Shown in pieces: positions 16,385-25,370 of a stretch of DNA of 25,370 nucleotides. Under the pieces are notes generated by a model, which made no database searches, had not been told where the DNA came from, and saw only the letters and a list, made by a program, of their open reading frames with translations. Source of the stretch: Candidatus Thorarchaeota archaeon (GTDB lineage Archaea; Asgardarchaeota; Thorarchaeia; Thorarchaeales; Thorarchaeaceae); contig JAEOTX010000073.1 in NCBI GenBank assembly GCA_016839605.1, positions 1 to 25,370 of the forward strand, in the 5' to 3' direction. Within the stretch, counting starts at the first letter, position 1. Each line of letters opens with the position of its first letter. The translations under genes were made by a program, and so were the position numbers.

Positions 16385-17290
16385 TCAAGATTCATAATAG
16401 TCAGCCAGTAGTGCCTTCATGAAATCTGAACTTTTTTTGATAATGACCATTGGATTACTCACGATGTATGAAAATCTGTATGTAATGGCTGCACTCGGCT
16501 TATTCCACACGATATACTCAGGACGAGTCAAGAAGATTTGAGACCATTCCTCACAGACGCTGTCGAATTTCTGAAGCATTGTCCGATGGTCATAGTTCAT
16601 ATGAATTGTCAAATCGAATGTGTATCGATAGGCAACCTCTCCGGTTGTGAGCATCTTGAGTTGTTGCCATGCATCATCTAGAGTTTCTCGATAGGAGTGA
16701 CGCGCATCATCTCTGTCGCGAATTGCCGCCTCTTCTTTTGCCTCTACATATTTTGAGAGATCAATTCGGAAATTCGTGACCTCGCTGCTGACAACCTTAC
16801 TATTTGGAACTAGCTGGATTGTTTCATCTGGAAGTAGAACTCGGGTGTAGTTGAGAGTGATTTCTCTCACGATCCCTTCCATTATGCCGATTCTGACATA
16901 ATCCCCTACTCTAAAGGGTCGAGCTGCTAGCACGTAGAGTCCGCTTACGATATTGCTCAAAGCTGTCGAAAATGCAAGACCCAATGCAGTTCCAAAGATT
17001 GCAGATACTGAGAGGATAGCAGCATAGCTAGCTTCAAAGAAACTCACTAGCAGCATCACAAATACAATGAAGAAAATGAGTCTAAGGATAAGAACAATGC
17101 TGGTCGCAGCTTCTTGGCCCATCCCGACAGATAAGAGTGACCTCTTTGCAACTCTAGTGACGACTATGTAGACAATGCCGATGATTACCAACGCGGCAAT
17201 CAGAAATACATACGGTGAGATTTGGTTCCAATAGAATTGCAGATAGGCTATCGGGTCAACCAGAAAATCGGGCGGAGTGTCCTGCATCAT
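16385..17290 (-). CDS. mscS: Small-conductance mechanosensitive channel (MscS family)
   Basis: GLAFSTALSNIVSGL...RPFRVGDYVRI...G.V.EI.L.YT...VPNS signature after N-terminal TM helices. Confidence 0.85.
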   Translation of the reverse strand: MMQDTPPDFLVDPIAYLQFYWNQISPYVFLIAALVIIGIVYIVVTRVAKRSLLSVGMGQEAATSIVLILRLIFFIVFVMLLVSFFEASYAAILSVSAIFGTALGLAFSTALSNIVSGLYVLAARPFRVGDYVRIGIMEGIVREITLNYTRVLLPDETIQLVPNSKVVSSEVTNFRIDLSKYVEAKEEAAIRDRDDARHSYRETLDDAWQQLKMLTTGEVAYRYTFDLTIHMNYDHRTMLQKFDSVCEEWSQIFLTRPEYIVWNKPSAAITYRFSYIVSNPMVIIKKSSDFMKALLADYYES

Positions 17291-17430
17291 CTAAATTCAC
17301 TTCATGTTTTGAAATGCTTGCCTATTTCAATTCTCCCCAAGCTACAAGAGGTGCAAATCCAAATCTATTGATAGGCTTATTAGAAGACTTTCCGTAGGTT
17401 CAATTGCCGTACGGAACTGAGGGTTAAACC

Positions 17431-18654
17431 TTGAATCGAAGTTTCTGGATTCGGATGGCCATCAAGATAATTGCCATCTTGCTTCTGCCCATTAATATCA
17501 TAATCGAGTTTGGCAGTCCAGGGTTCTACCAATACATATCTCTCATCCTAGTATTGGGTACGTATCCCTTTTTTGACGGCCTTCTTCCGACCCAGAGTTT
17601 CTTCCCCTTCGCTCCGGATCCCATCACTATTTTGCTAGCCATAGTGGTGTGTCTTCCTGGACTCTATTTCAGCCGCTGGATGGAACAACAGCCAAGGGAG
17701 CAAGCAGTGAAGAAGATGGCACTAGCTGCGGCAGTCTTCACTTCACTCATAACGTTCCCCCTTGCATTGTTTATGCCATATAATCCATTCATGCCGATGT
17801 ACGGGGGCCTCATGATGGCTCAATCAGCGGTCCCTTGGGCGATTGCTTTGTTTGTGATCCTTCCTATAATGGGCCGACACGGTTCGTATATAGACTCGGA
17901 TAGAAAAGCGGGACAGTTCTCAGACACCCCTGAACACTTAATCCATGATGGGGGTATTCGACCCGGGAAATACACAATCCTAGGCTATGCGTTAGGCATA
18001 ATTGCCCTCTGCATTCCCAACATTGGTTTTATCTATAGCTATGATTATGGATTCGGTCGTTTTAACATTCAACTGATGACACCAGTATGGATGGGAAACT
18101 ACACTCAGTGGGGCCCAGGAGGAGGTTCGTTCTATCTTTCTATCATGCCTTCCATCACTGTTTTCATGTTCTTTCTCTTAGGCATATTTACTATCATATT
18201 CGCATTCTCGATACTACAATACTTGCAGACCCACATTCCAAGAATGAGAGTACTTGCGTACGGTGCACTCTCACTGATAGCACCGTACATCTTCTTCATC
18301 ACTATCGCCCCCTATATGACAATGGTCCCTATACCTGTGCTATTGGCACTAGGATTGCCAATCGTATTCCTCATGAAGCCGATTCCACCCAGACAAACCA
18401 TCTGGGAAGACAAGAGCGTCAAGATGTGGTACGAGAAGGAACATGAGATAACAGTAATGGGAAACCAGCCTCCAATGAAGCAGATGATGCGTTCTGAGCC
18501 CTCTCCTACAGTGAAAGTTCCTTTCACCTACCTCATAGTCTCCAAGATAAGGAGCCTGCGTTCTCCGAATATGAAATCAAATCCAGTAACAAATCCTGAA
18601 AAAGCGGATTGGGCGGAAACGGAGGACTTGTGGCAATCGGATGAAGAAGAATAG
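17431..18654 (+). CDS. Uncharacterised polytopic membrane protein (~8 TM) with soluble C-terminal tail
   Basis: Long ORF, GAGGG SD before TTG, hydrophobic segments. No family recognised. Confidence 0.7.
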   Translation: MNRSFWIRMAIKIIAILLLPINIIIEFGSPGFYQYISLILVLGTYPFFDGLLPTQSFFPFAPDPITILLAIVVCLPGLYFSRWMEQQPREQAVKKMALAAAVFTSLITFPLALFMPYNPFMPMYGGLMMAQSAVPWAIALFVILPIMGRHGSYIDSDRKAGQFSDTPEHLIHDGGIRPGKYTILGYALGIIALCIPNIGFIYSYDYGFGRFNIQLMTPVWMGNYTQWGPGGGSFYLSIMPSITVFMFFLLGIFTIIFAFSILQYLQTHIPRMRVLAYGALSLIAPYIFFITIAPYMTMVPIPVLLALGLPIVFLMKPIPPRQTIWEDKSVKMWYEKEHEITVMGNQPPMKQMMRSEPSPTVKVPFTYLIVSKIRSLRSPNMKSNPVTNPEKADWAETEDLWQSDEEE

Positions 18655-18660
18655 TCCTCC

Positions 18661-20100
18661 CTATTTCTCTTCGAATACCAATGTCTTTACAACAACTGGA
18701 ACTACGACGTTTTCAATTATAGGCTCACCAATGTCCACAAAATCGCCTTCATGGAGAGAGATCTCGTCAATGGACAGGATTTCATTGGTCACTCCGGTTT
18801 CTCGCTTCATAACATTCCCCACACTATTGCCGATGTCTGTGTCATAGCACATCAAGATTGGCGTTCCATTGGCCACGGTTCTTGGTAGTCCAGCCACAAT
18901 ACCCTTGGCGAATTGAGTAAGGCTCTCATATGAAGGACGGACTGCATCTGCAAAGGCTAGTAACAGCGGATCGGTACCCTCTACAATATCAAACCTCTTG
19001 AGAGCATTCTGGATTGCGTCTCGAACTTTATCGGATGATGTCTTTCCTCTCGGAACATATGGAGTGACAACAGGCAAATTCCTCAAAGGATACTCGAGAC
19101 CTGAGGAGAGAAATGTGGTTGATCCGCTAACCTGCAGGCTTGATTGCCCTGCTCCAATCACTGTTGCGCGGATACGGTGTTCTGGCTCAGACATTGGAAT
19201 CTCATGCTTTTCGACTAGATTCCCTATTGATTTGGCCAGTAGTCGCCCTAAGTCATTGTACTCATTTGTTTCAAGCCCATAGATGAATTCTGCCACGCCA
19301 CCTGAGAACATGACTTCATCTACTTTCTCTTGGAAGTCAAGTGGAGGAGTCATCATGAGCATTTCAGTGATCTCTGACTCCTGTGTCCCTTTAATGGCCT
19401 CAATGAGAGCATCTGCAAGAGCCTGTGCCAGCAGTTGCTTCGATGAGCCATCTAGATTCTGACCGAGCTTCAATGTGAGGCCAATTTTCTCGCCAAGTCG
19501 TTTTCCAGTTTCCTCGAGTCGGATGATGGTTCCGGCGTCATCAGTGGCCACCAGGCGACCCCCAACATTGATGGCAGCGGTCGCGATGACTTTGCCACCT
19601 CTACAGACTGCGATGTTAGATGAGCCACCACCGATATCCGCATTCATAATTGTTAGCCCTGTTTCCGCAGAACGCATCACTGCTCCCGCTCCATGGGCTG
19701 CCAGAACAGATTCGAAATTGGGTCCAGCTGTCGCTGCTACGAATTTTCCTGTTTCGCCTGCTAGAGCAGCCACAATCTCCTCGGCATTCTCTTTCCGAGC
19801 AGTTTCACCAGTGATAATCACAGCACCAGTATCAATCTGAGCTAATTCGAATCCCGCATTAGCATAATCTGAGAGGATAAGTGTCCTAAGAGCTCCGAAA
19901 TCAATAGTATGAGGATCAGAGAAAGGCGTCAAGTGTATAGGCCCTTTATGGAGCACTTTCTTCTCTTTGATTTCAAACTTCTCAGTCCGACTTTTCAAAT
20001 CCCTCTCAAGGAGGATGCTACTGAAGACGACGTGTGAAGTCGACGTGCCAATGTCAACGCCGACGCTTGTCAGCAATTTCTGGTGGGTCTTTATCCGCAT
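18661..20100 (-). CDS. eutA: Ethanolamine ammonia-lyase reactivase EutA family (ASKHA ATPase)
   Basis: SVGVDIGTSTS, IDTGAVIITGETARKENA, FVAATAGP.FES..AA.G.GA, DIGGG, FSGGVA, IRATVIGAG and VPVVVKTLVF. Confidence 0.9.
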   Translation of the reverse strand: MRIKTHQKLLTSVGVDIGTSTSHVVFSSILLERDLKSRTEKFEIKEKKVLHKGPIHLTPFSDPHTIDFGALRTLILSDYANAGFELAQIDTGAVIITGETARKENAEEIVAALAGETGKFVAATAGPNFESVLAAHGAGAVMRSAETGLTIMNADIGGGSSNIAVCRGGKVIATAAINVGGRLVATDDAGTIIRLEETGKRLGEKIGLTLKLGQNLDGSSKQLLAQALADALIEAIKGTQESEITEMLMMTPPLDFQEKVDEVMFSGGVAEFIYGLETNEYNDLGRLLAKSIGNLVEKHEIPMSEPEHRIRATVIGAGQSSLQVSGSTTFLSSGLEYPLRNLPVVTPYVPRGKTSSDKVRDAIQNALKRFDIVEGTDPLLLAFADAVRPSYESLTQFAKGIVAGLPRTVANGTPILMCYDTDIGNSVGNVMKRETGVTNEILSIDEISLHEGDFVDIGEPIIENVVVPVVVKTLVFEEK

Positions 20101-20156
20101 GGTCTAGCTCGCCGTCCCGGTTGGTCTTGGCCCTGCAATGTTCTCCTTTTAGGTTT

Positions 20157-20197
20157 GCCATCACGACATCGGCATTCCAATTGCCATGTGCGATGGC
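20157..20197. repeat. Imperfect 16-bp inverted repeat in the eutA/nitroreductase divergent region
   Basis: Minus strand reads GCCATCGC-ACAT-GGCA-attggaa-TGCC-g-ATGT-c-GTGATGGC. Confidence 0.7.
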
Positions 20198-20234
20198 CTT
20201 TAATGGTAATGCCACAAGCACATCAGGATTAACC

Positions 20235-20747
20235 ATGGATGTACTAGAAGCAATTCGGGATAGAAGAAGTATTAGGAAGTACAAGGACACGGAAGTTGAA
20301 GAAGAGAAAATCAGGGTCGTCCTTGAGGCGGCGCAATGGGCACCATCCGCTTCAAACAAACAACCCTGGCACTTCATAGTAGTTCGCGATAAGCAAATGC
20401 GTGAGAAGCTTGCTGATGCCCATGCGTATGGTCGATTCATGAGGGAATCGCCCGTTGTCATTGTGGTGCTTGGCGAGCCCGCACGGCATCCCAGGTATAA
20501 CTTGGCTGATCCACACAACGCAGTTCAGAATATGCTGCTCGCAGCCTATGGGCAAGGATTGAGTACATGCTGGATGGGAGTGCGAGACACAGACATTGAG
20601 CCCATCTTTCGTAAACTCCTGAAAATCCCTGAAGATGTGAGAGTCGTTTGTTCAATTTCAGTGGGCTACGGAGATCAAGAGAGAACAAGCAATCGCAGAC
20701 CAATTGAGGAGATAGTATCTTGGGAGTCCTATGGCGGCAAGAAGTAG
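20235..20747 (+). CDS. Nitroreductase family protein
   Basis: AIRDRRSIRKY, APSASNKQPWHFIVV and NMLLAA..QGLSTCW. Start is ATG 20235, with TTTAAT about 30 nt upstream. Confidence 0.9.
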   Translation: MDVLEAIRDRRSIRKYKDTEVEEEKIRVVLEAAQWAPSASNKQPWHFIVVRDKQMREKLADAHAYGRFMRESPVVIVVLGEPARHPRYNLADPHNAVQNMLLAAYGQGLSTCWMGVRDTDIEPIFRKLLKIPEDVRVVCSISVGYGDQERTSNRRPIEEIVSWESYGGKK

Positions 20748-20774
20748 TTATGCGAAACTTGGAGGAGAACAGAC

Positions 20775-21179
20775 ATGAAGCGCGGCGAACATGACTTGGG
20801 TACTCTTCTAAGGTCAATGGAACCCAGTCTTGCAGATGAAGAGTACGTTTTTGTTTCAATGAAAGAGAGTCGACGAGCTGACTTGAACATTGACGCACTC
20901 TTGACGTTCAAGGAGAAGGAGGGAGTCACTCTTATCCTCGACAAGACCACAGCCGACTCCCACAGTCTGGAATACTTGGCGACTTGGTCAATGATTACCC
21001 TCTCTGTTCATTCCGATCTTGAGGCGATTGGCTTCATCGCGAGAGTTTCATCTGAACTTGCTAAGAAAGGAATCAGTGTAAATGTTGTTTCCGCATTCTA
21101 TCATGACCATCTATTTGTACCACATGATGAAGGGCAAGAAGCGTTGGAGATACTTCAGACCCTCTCTGAAAACCCCTAG
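20775..21179 (+). CDS. ACT-domain protein (DUF2241 plus ACT_7/CASTOR-type)
   Basis: YVF, F.EKEGVTLI, ITLSVHSDLEAIG and GISVNVVSAFYHDHLFVP. GGAGG SD. Confidence 0.85.
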   Translation: MKRGEHDLGTLLRSMEPSLADEEYVFVSMKESRRADLNIDALLTFKEKEGVTLILDKTTADSHSLEYLATWSMITLSVHSDLEAIGFIARVSSELAKKGISVNVVSAFYHDHLFVPHDEGQEALEILQTLSENP

Positions 21180-21183
21180 ATTG

Positions 21184-21675
21184 TTATAGCTGGATTATGA
21201 CTTCAGTGGCTTTCTTGCCGCTCATGTTTTCAATATCGATGCGTCCTATGTTCACCCTTTTGATTGATTTATCTGTCACCTGCTTAGCAAAGACCTTGTC
21301 CGGCTCATCTTCCAATTGCTGAATCATCACCTTCAGTGCATGCTTCTTCTCATCATCATCCGAAGCAAAAGTGACTCTTCCCTTGAACTGAGTAGTAGCA
21401 AACAGATGGTCACATTCTCCTGTGGCATAACCAAGGTCTTTCAATGCCTGGCCCCATACTCTGTTGTTCTTTTTGAGGATGTCTATCTTCTTCCCTTCTT
21501 GAGCACAATGGAAGTAGATGCAATTGTTCTCTGCATCAAAGCCATGACTTAATGTAACAAGGTATGGTTCGTCCTCAAGACTCATAGCTACAGTGATGTA
21601 CTTGGCTTGTTTTAGAATGGCAATCATTTCATCAGAATCAGTAATCGCCTTCTCTTTTCTTCGAATACCTCGCAT
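21184..21675 (-). CDS. Pyridoxamine 5'-phosphate oxidase-like FMN-binding split-barrel protein (NimA-like)
   Basis: RRKEKAI, PYLV.L, IYFHCAQEGKKIDIL..N.RV and I..MSGK. Confidence 0.85.
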   Translation of the reverse strand: MRGIRRKEKAITDSDEMIAILKQAKYITVAMSLEDEPYLVTLSHGFDAENNCIYFHCAQEGKKIDILKKNNRVWGQALKDLGYATGECDHLFATTQFKGRVTFASDDDEKKHALKVMIQQLEDEPDKVFAKQVTDKSIKRVNIGRIDIENMSGKKATEVIIQL

Positions 21676-21706
21676 CGTATCACATCCGTCTCTGCTGACG
21701 CCTTAT

Positions 21707-22447
21707 CTATTGGTTGTCTTTTGACCCAAACATGGTTGAGAGTTGAATCAGTAGCTGCCCAAAAATGTAGGTCAGTCCAACATATGGTCCTGAGAGAAAA
21801 GCGGGATCAGTCATGAGATGATAGCCAATCAACCAATCTGAGAACAGGAATAGGAGAAATCCTATTGATATACAGAATTTGTAGGAGGTCGGAAACTCGT
21901 CAAACCATTTTGTTATGGCAAATGCCAATACAGTTCCAAGAAGAAGACCGTATCCTAGTATGCCAAATCCCAGCTCAAGCATTGTTGGATTGAAGACCGT
22001 TGTCACGAAGAGCAGAATCACCAGAACCAAAACAACGAGCAATGTTACAATATTCTTAGTGATAAATCGTGGCTGCGTTATTCCGGGAGTGAGCAGTAGA
22101 TTTGATCTATCTCGAAGACCATAGAGGTAGAAGACATGACCGATTCCAAACAGGATTATTCCATTCAGAAGGGTGATTGGAGTGATGTAGAATATCCCAG
22201 CCATCAGCAAGTCTCCAATAAATCCGCAAATCATCGCAACAAGAAATAGAAATGCATAGCGCGACCACTCTTGCCAGCGAGCATCAACAAAGTTGACTAG
22301 GGCCAATATCACAATTGCAGCTGATGCGCTTAAAAACCATGGATTGGTCACCCCTGTGAATGCGGCAATCATCTCCAATCCTATAATCACAATAACAATT
22401 AGGATTCGTATGTAATCTATCTGTGAACTAAGGTACTTGTCACTCAT
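21707..22447 (-). CDS. YhhN/lysoplasmalogenase-like membrane protein
   Basis: GDLLM, G..LF.IGHVFY, G..LF..SD..I and TY..GQLLI motifs. Start is 22447 or 22468. Confidence 0.75.
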   Translation of the reverse strand: MSDKYLSSQIDYIRILIVIVIIGLEMIAAFTGVTNPWFLSASAAIVILALVNFVDARWQEWSRYAFLFLVAMICGFIGDLLMAGIFYITPITLLNGIILFGIGHVFYLYGLRDRSNLLLTPGITQPRFITKNIVTLLVVLVLVILLFVTTVFNPTMLELGFGILGYGLLLGTVLAFAITKWFDEFPTSYKFCISIGFLLFLFSDWLIGYHLMTDPAFLSGPYVGLTYIFGQLLIQLSTMFGSKDNQ

Positions 22448-22578
22448 CTGATCATCATTCTCCTGCAAATATCTCCTTCAATGGTTAGAATCATTCACTA
22501 ACACTGATGATTAAGCCTTTCGAATTCTTGACTGACTGAAAGGAATCCTTTTCTACAGGGTGCAAATCCATCCAAGCC

Positions 22579-23529
22579 ATGGTAAGCTTTCCTGATGTTG
22601 AAGCTGCATTCAAGAGAATAAAAGACTCAGTTGTGAAGACCCCTGTAATGACCTCAACGACCATTGATGCTTTAGCAGGCTCAAGAGTCTTCTTAAAATG
22701 CGAGAACTTCCAACGTGTTGGAGCGTTCAAATTCAGGGGAGCGCTCAATGCAGTTACGCTGCTCAGTGATGAGGAAAAGAAGATAGGCGTGATAACTCAT
22801 TCTTCAGGTAACCATGCACAGGCCCTAGCACTTGCATCCAAGAAACAGAATGTGAGATGTACAGTCGTCATGCCTAGCAGTTCTCCAGCTGTGAAGATGG
22901 AGGCTACTAAGGGCTATGGAGCTGAGATCGTGGTATGCGAGCCCACTTTAGCCTCTCGCGAGAGTACAGCGGCTGCGCTGATCGAGGAGCATGGATATAC
23001 CCTAGTACATGCCTACAACAACCCAAACATTGTTGCTGGAGCGGGAACGGCAGCTTATGAGTTCATCAAGGAAGTGGGGTCTCTTGATGCTATGTTTGCC
23101 CCTGTCGGTGGAGGGGGTCTCTTGAGCGGGACGTCTATTGCAACCAAGGGGCTCTTGCCACAGGCCAAAGTCATTGCAGGAGAACCAAAGGGTGCCGATG
23201 ACGCATATCGTTCATTCACTACTGGAAAGATTCATCCATCGATGAACCCGAAAACCATCGCTGATGGTCTTCTCACTTCACTATCTGAGCTTACTTTCTC
23301 AATAATCCAAAAATACGTAGATGGTATCGTAACTGTTAGTGAAGAGGAAATCGTCAATGCAATGCGTCTGCTTTGGGAAAGAATGAAGATTGTGGTAGAA
23401 CCATCAGGAGCAGTTTCTCTGGCAGCTCTTCTGCAAATATGTGACCAGTTCGAAGGACAACGAATCGGGGTCATCCTTAGTGGAGGCAATGTAGATCTTA
23501 ATCAATTCTTTTCTCACTATTCTACTTAG
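22579..23529 (+). CDS. PLP fold-type II serine racemase / Ser-Thr dehydratase (no regulatory ACT domain)
   Basis: LKCENFQRVGAFKFRGA, HSSGNH, GGGGLLSG, TIADGL, VEPS and SGGN. Confidence 0.88.
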   Translation: MVSFPDVEAAFKRIKDSVVKTPVMTSTTIDALAGSRVFLKCENFQRVGAFKFRGALNAVTLLSDEEKKIGVITHSSGNHAQALALASKKQNVRCTVVMPSSSPAVKMEATKGYGAEIVVCEPTLASRESTAAALIEEHGYTLVHAYNNPNIVAGAGTAAYEFIKEVGSLDAMFAPVGGGGLLSGTSIATKGLLPQAKVIAGEPKGADDAYRSFTTGKIHPSMNPKTIADGLLTSLSELTFSIIQKYVDGIVTVSEEEIVNAMRLLWERMKIVVEPSGAVSLAALLQICDQFEGQRIGVILSGGNVDLNQFFSHYST

Positions 23530-24134
23530 GGTGCTTCATCGTCAATAAGAAAACCGTCATCTACAGCTCTCTTAATGAGTGTCTGGGCATACTCCCATAG
23601 GTCCCTGGATCCAATCTTAAGAGGTTCCTTCTTATCCACAATCTGGGACTTGACAACACCATGTTTCTTCCATGACCAACCCTTGTTATGAAAGCTAAGA
23701 ATTAACGGTTGAATTGCATCCATCGCGAATGCAAATCGAGCCTCTGGACTTTCCCTGGCTTCATATTCCTCCCAAAGGGAATGCATCTCTACCGCTTGGT
23801 CTTCAGGAAGCAATCCAAAGATTCTAGCTGCAGCATCTTTCTCTCTCTTGGCTTTTGTCGAATTTCCCAATGTGTCGTAGAGGAATGTGTCTCCTGCGTC
23901 TATCTCAACAAGATCATGGATCAGAAGCATCTTGATAACCTTTAGGAGGTCAATTCCCTTTTCATTAGAATACTCTGAGAGCAGTATTGCCATAGCCGCA
24001 ATATGCCAGGAATGCTCAGAGTCATTCTCTTGTCGCGTACCATCTGTCAGAGCGGATTGCCGCTCGATGTGTTTGAGCTTATCAATTTCAACAATGAAAC
24101 GCATTTGCTGAGATAGTCTATCTATGTCCACCAA
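23526..24134 (-). CDS. HD-domain phosphohydrolase (YfbR/HDDC2-like)
   Basis: DKLK.IER, ENDSEHSW, IHDLVEIDAGD and LWEEYE. GGAGG SD lies 7 nt before TTG 24134. Confidence 0.88.
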   Translation of the reverse strand: MVDIDRLSQQMRFIVEIDKLKHIERQSALTDGTRQENDSEHSWHIAAMAILLSEYSNEKGIDLLKVIKMLLIHDLVEIDAGDTFLYDTLGNSTKAKREKDAAARIFGLLPEDQAVEMHSLWEEYEARESPEARFAFAMDAIQPLILSFHNKGWSWKKHGVVKSQIVDKKEPLKIGSRDLWEYAQTLIKRAVDDGFLIDDEAP

Positions 24135-24299
24135 CAGCTTTCCTCCAAGATACTTGTTTGGCCTTAAGATGGTCCATATCACTGTGTTGGAAGAGCATTA
24201 GGTTCGGTCAACTCTCCATTCGCCCGTAGTTCATTCAAATGGACGAGGAATTGGAGAAATCCAGATACGGTTTTGCAGAGTATAGTACAGGGATACAAG

Positions 24300-25370
24300 T
24301 TGAAACGCTGGATCATGCATGTTGACATGGATGCATTTTTTCGCAGCCGTGGAACAGTATAGAAATCATCCTGAGTTAGCTGGAAAGCCAGTCTGCGTCG
24401 GGCATGACCCAAAAGGTGGTCGAGGAAGGGGTGTAGTACGGACTGCATCCTACGAAGCAAGAGCATTCGGTATTCATTCAGGGATGCCTGTGTCAAAGGC
24501 ATATCGCCTATGTCCTAAAGCAGCCTTCGTCTCCGGCGAGTTCTCTTCATATAGCAAAGCATCTGCTGAAGTCATGGACGTGCTGAGAGACTACTCAGAT
24601 GAAGGACGAGTGCGAAGAGCTAGCATTGACGAGGCGTACATAGAAGCAAGTGACCTTGTGCAAGATTATGAAGGGCCATATTCATTGGCACAGACCATTC
24701 AAGGTGAAGTTCGTCTTAGAACTAAACTGCCTTGCTCAATTGGAGTAGCTCCAAACATGAGCGTGGCTAAGATAGCTACAGGGATGAATAAGCCCCTTGG
24801 GATAACCTTGGTGGGTCAAGATCCAGAAGCTGTGCTAAGGTTTCTAGCTCCATTACCAGTTGATGCACTAAATGGTGTGGGCGATAAGACAGCCCAGCGA
24901 CTTAGACGATACGAGATTGAGACACTAGGTCAGATCCATGAAATGACCATTACAGACCTTTGGCCTATGATGGGCCGCGGATCGCGTTGGTTGTATAATA
25001 GGGCACACGGCATTGACGATCGACCATTACTTGATAATGGACCACGTATCAGAAAATCCATTTCAAAGGACTTCACTTTCATGGAGGATGTTGAGCCGGA
25101 AGCAGTTGATTATCTTCATGGGACAATCACTAAGATGTGCGGCAGGATCGGGGATAGACTCCGCAAGAAATCTCTCAGGTTCAGAACGGTCACAGTCAAG
25201 ATGCGATATGCTGATTACTCAACTATCCAGAGAAGCAAGTCTATCCCGGTAGAGACTGACGACCAAGAGATGCTTCAACAGCTGGCTGTTGAGATCTTTG
25301 ATAGGAAAAGAGACCCCCACAAATACGTGCGGCTCATAGGTGTGAAGGTTTCAGGACTCACTGAAAGGGG
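24300..25370 (+). pseudogene. dinB: DNA polymerase IV (DinB/Dpo4, Y family), frameshifted at 24336-24341 and 3'-truncated by the window
   Basis: Frame A reads MKRWIMHVDMDAFF and stops at TAG 24360-62. The +1 frame reads AAVEQ...KPV...TASYEARAFGIHSGMP...SIDEAY...SIGVAPN..VAKIA...NKP...GVG.KT...VRLIGVKVS and stays open to the window end. Identity is secure; pseudogene status is uncertain. Confidence 0.8.

Noticed and set aside
20101-20160. c-di-GMP-I-like (GGCAAACC...GGGACG) or cobalamin riboswitch before eutA
   Set aside because: Only short word matches; the required helices, spacing and B12 box are not satisfied.
24213-24257. TCTCCA/TGGAGA stem upstream of dinB
   Set aside because: Short stem with a weak interior, compatible with chance.
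24179-25252. ORFs 24179-24502(-) and 25013-25252(+)
   Set aside because: Shadow frames of dinB.
1-25370. CRISPR arrays, tRNA/rRNA, transposases, and the remaining 60-150 aa overlapping ORFs
   Set aside because: No spaced direct repeats, cloverleaf or transposase motifs were seen by eye. The short ORFs are antisense or alternate-frame shadows of well-supported genes.

Overview
Gene-dense archaeal window with TATA-like promoters and GGAG/GAGGTG Shine-Dalgarno sites. Gene content (tandem Lrp regulator, single-OB SSB, AOR, TIGR04076-like protein) suggests an Asgard archaeon, probably Thorarchaeia; this assignment is inference. About 26 protein genes are present, mostly for amino-acid, acyl and aldehyde catabolism: AbfD (5'-truncated), a MetE-core-like protein, two AstE/AspA deacylases, a D-aminoacylase, a class-III aminotransferase, an AOR-ferredoxin-TIGR04076 operon, a serine racemase/dehydratase and an orphan EutA. 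Also present are TrmO, SSB, MscS, a nitroreductase, ACT, HD and membrane proteins, and a 3'-truncated DinB split by a +1 frameshift in a T6 run. The most unusual element is an unannotated ~410-nt minus-strand unit at 14553-14960. It has its own TATA box, many helices with GNRA loops, a 5'/3' long-range helix that competes with a local helix abutting an SD, two tiny basic ORFs and a 3' hairpin. Structured leaders also precede ssb and eutA. No CRISPR array, tRNA, rRNA or IS element was seen.
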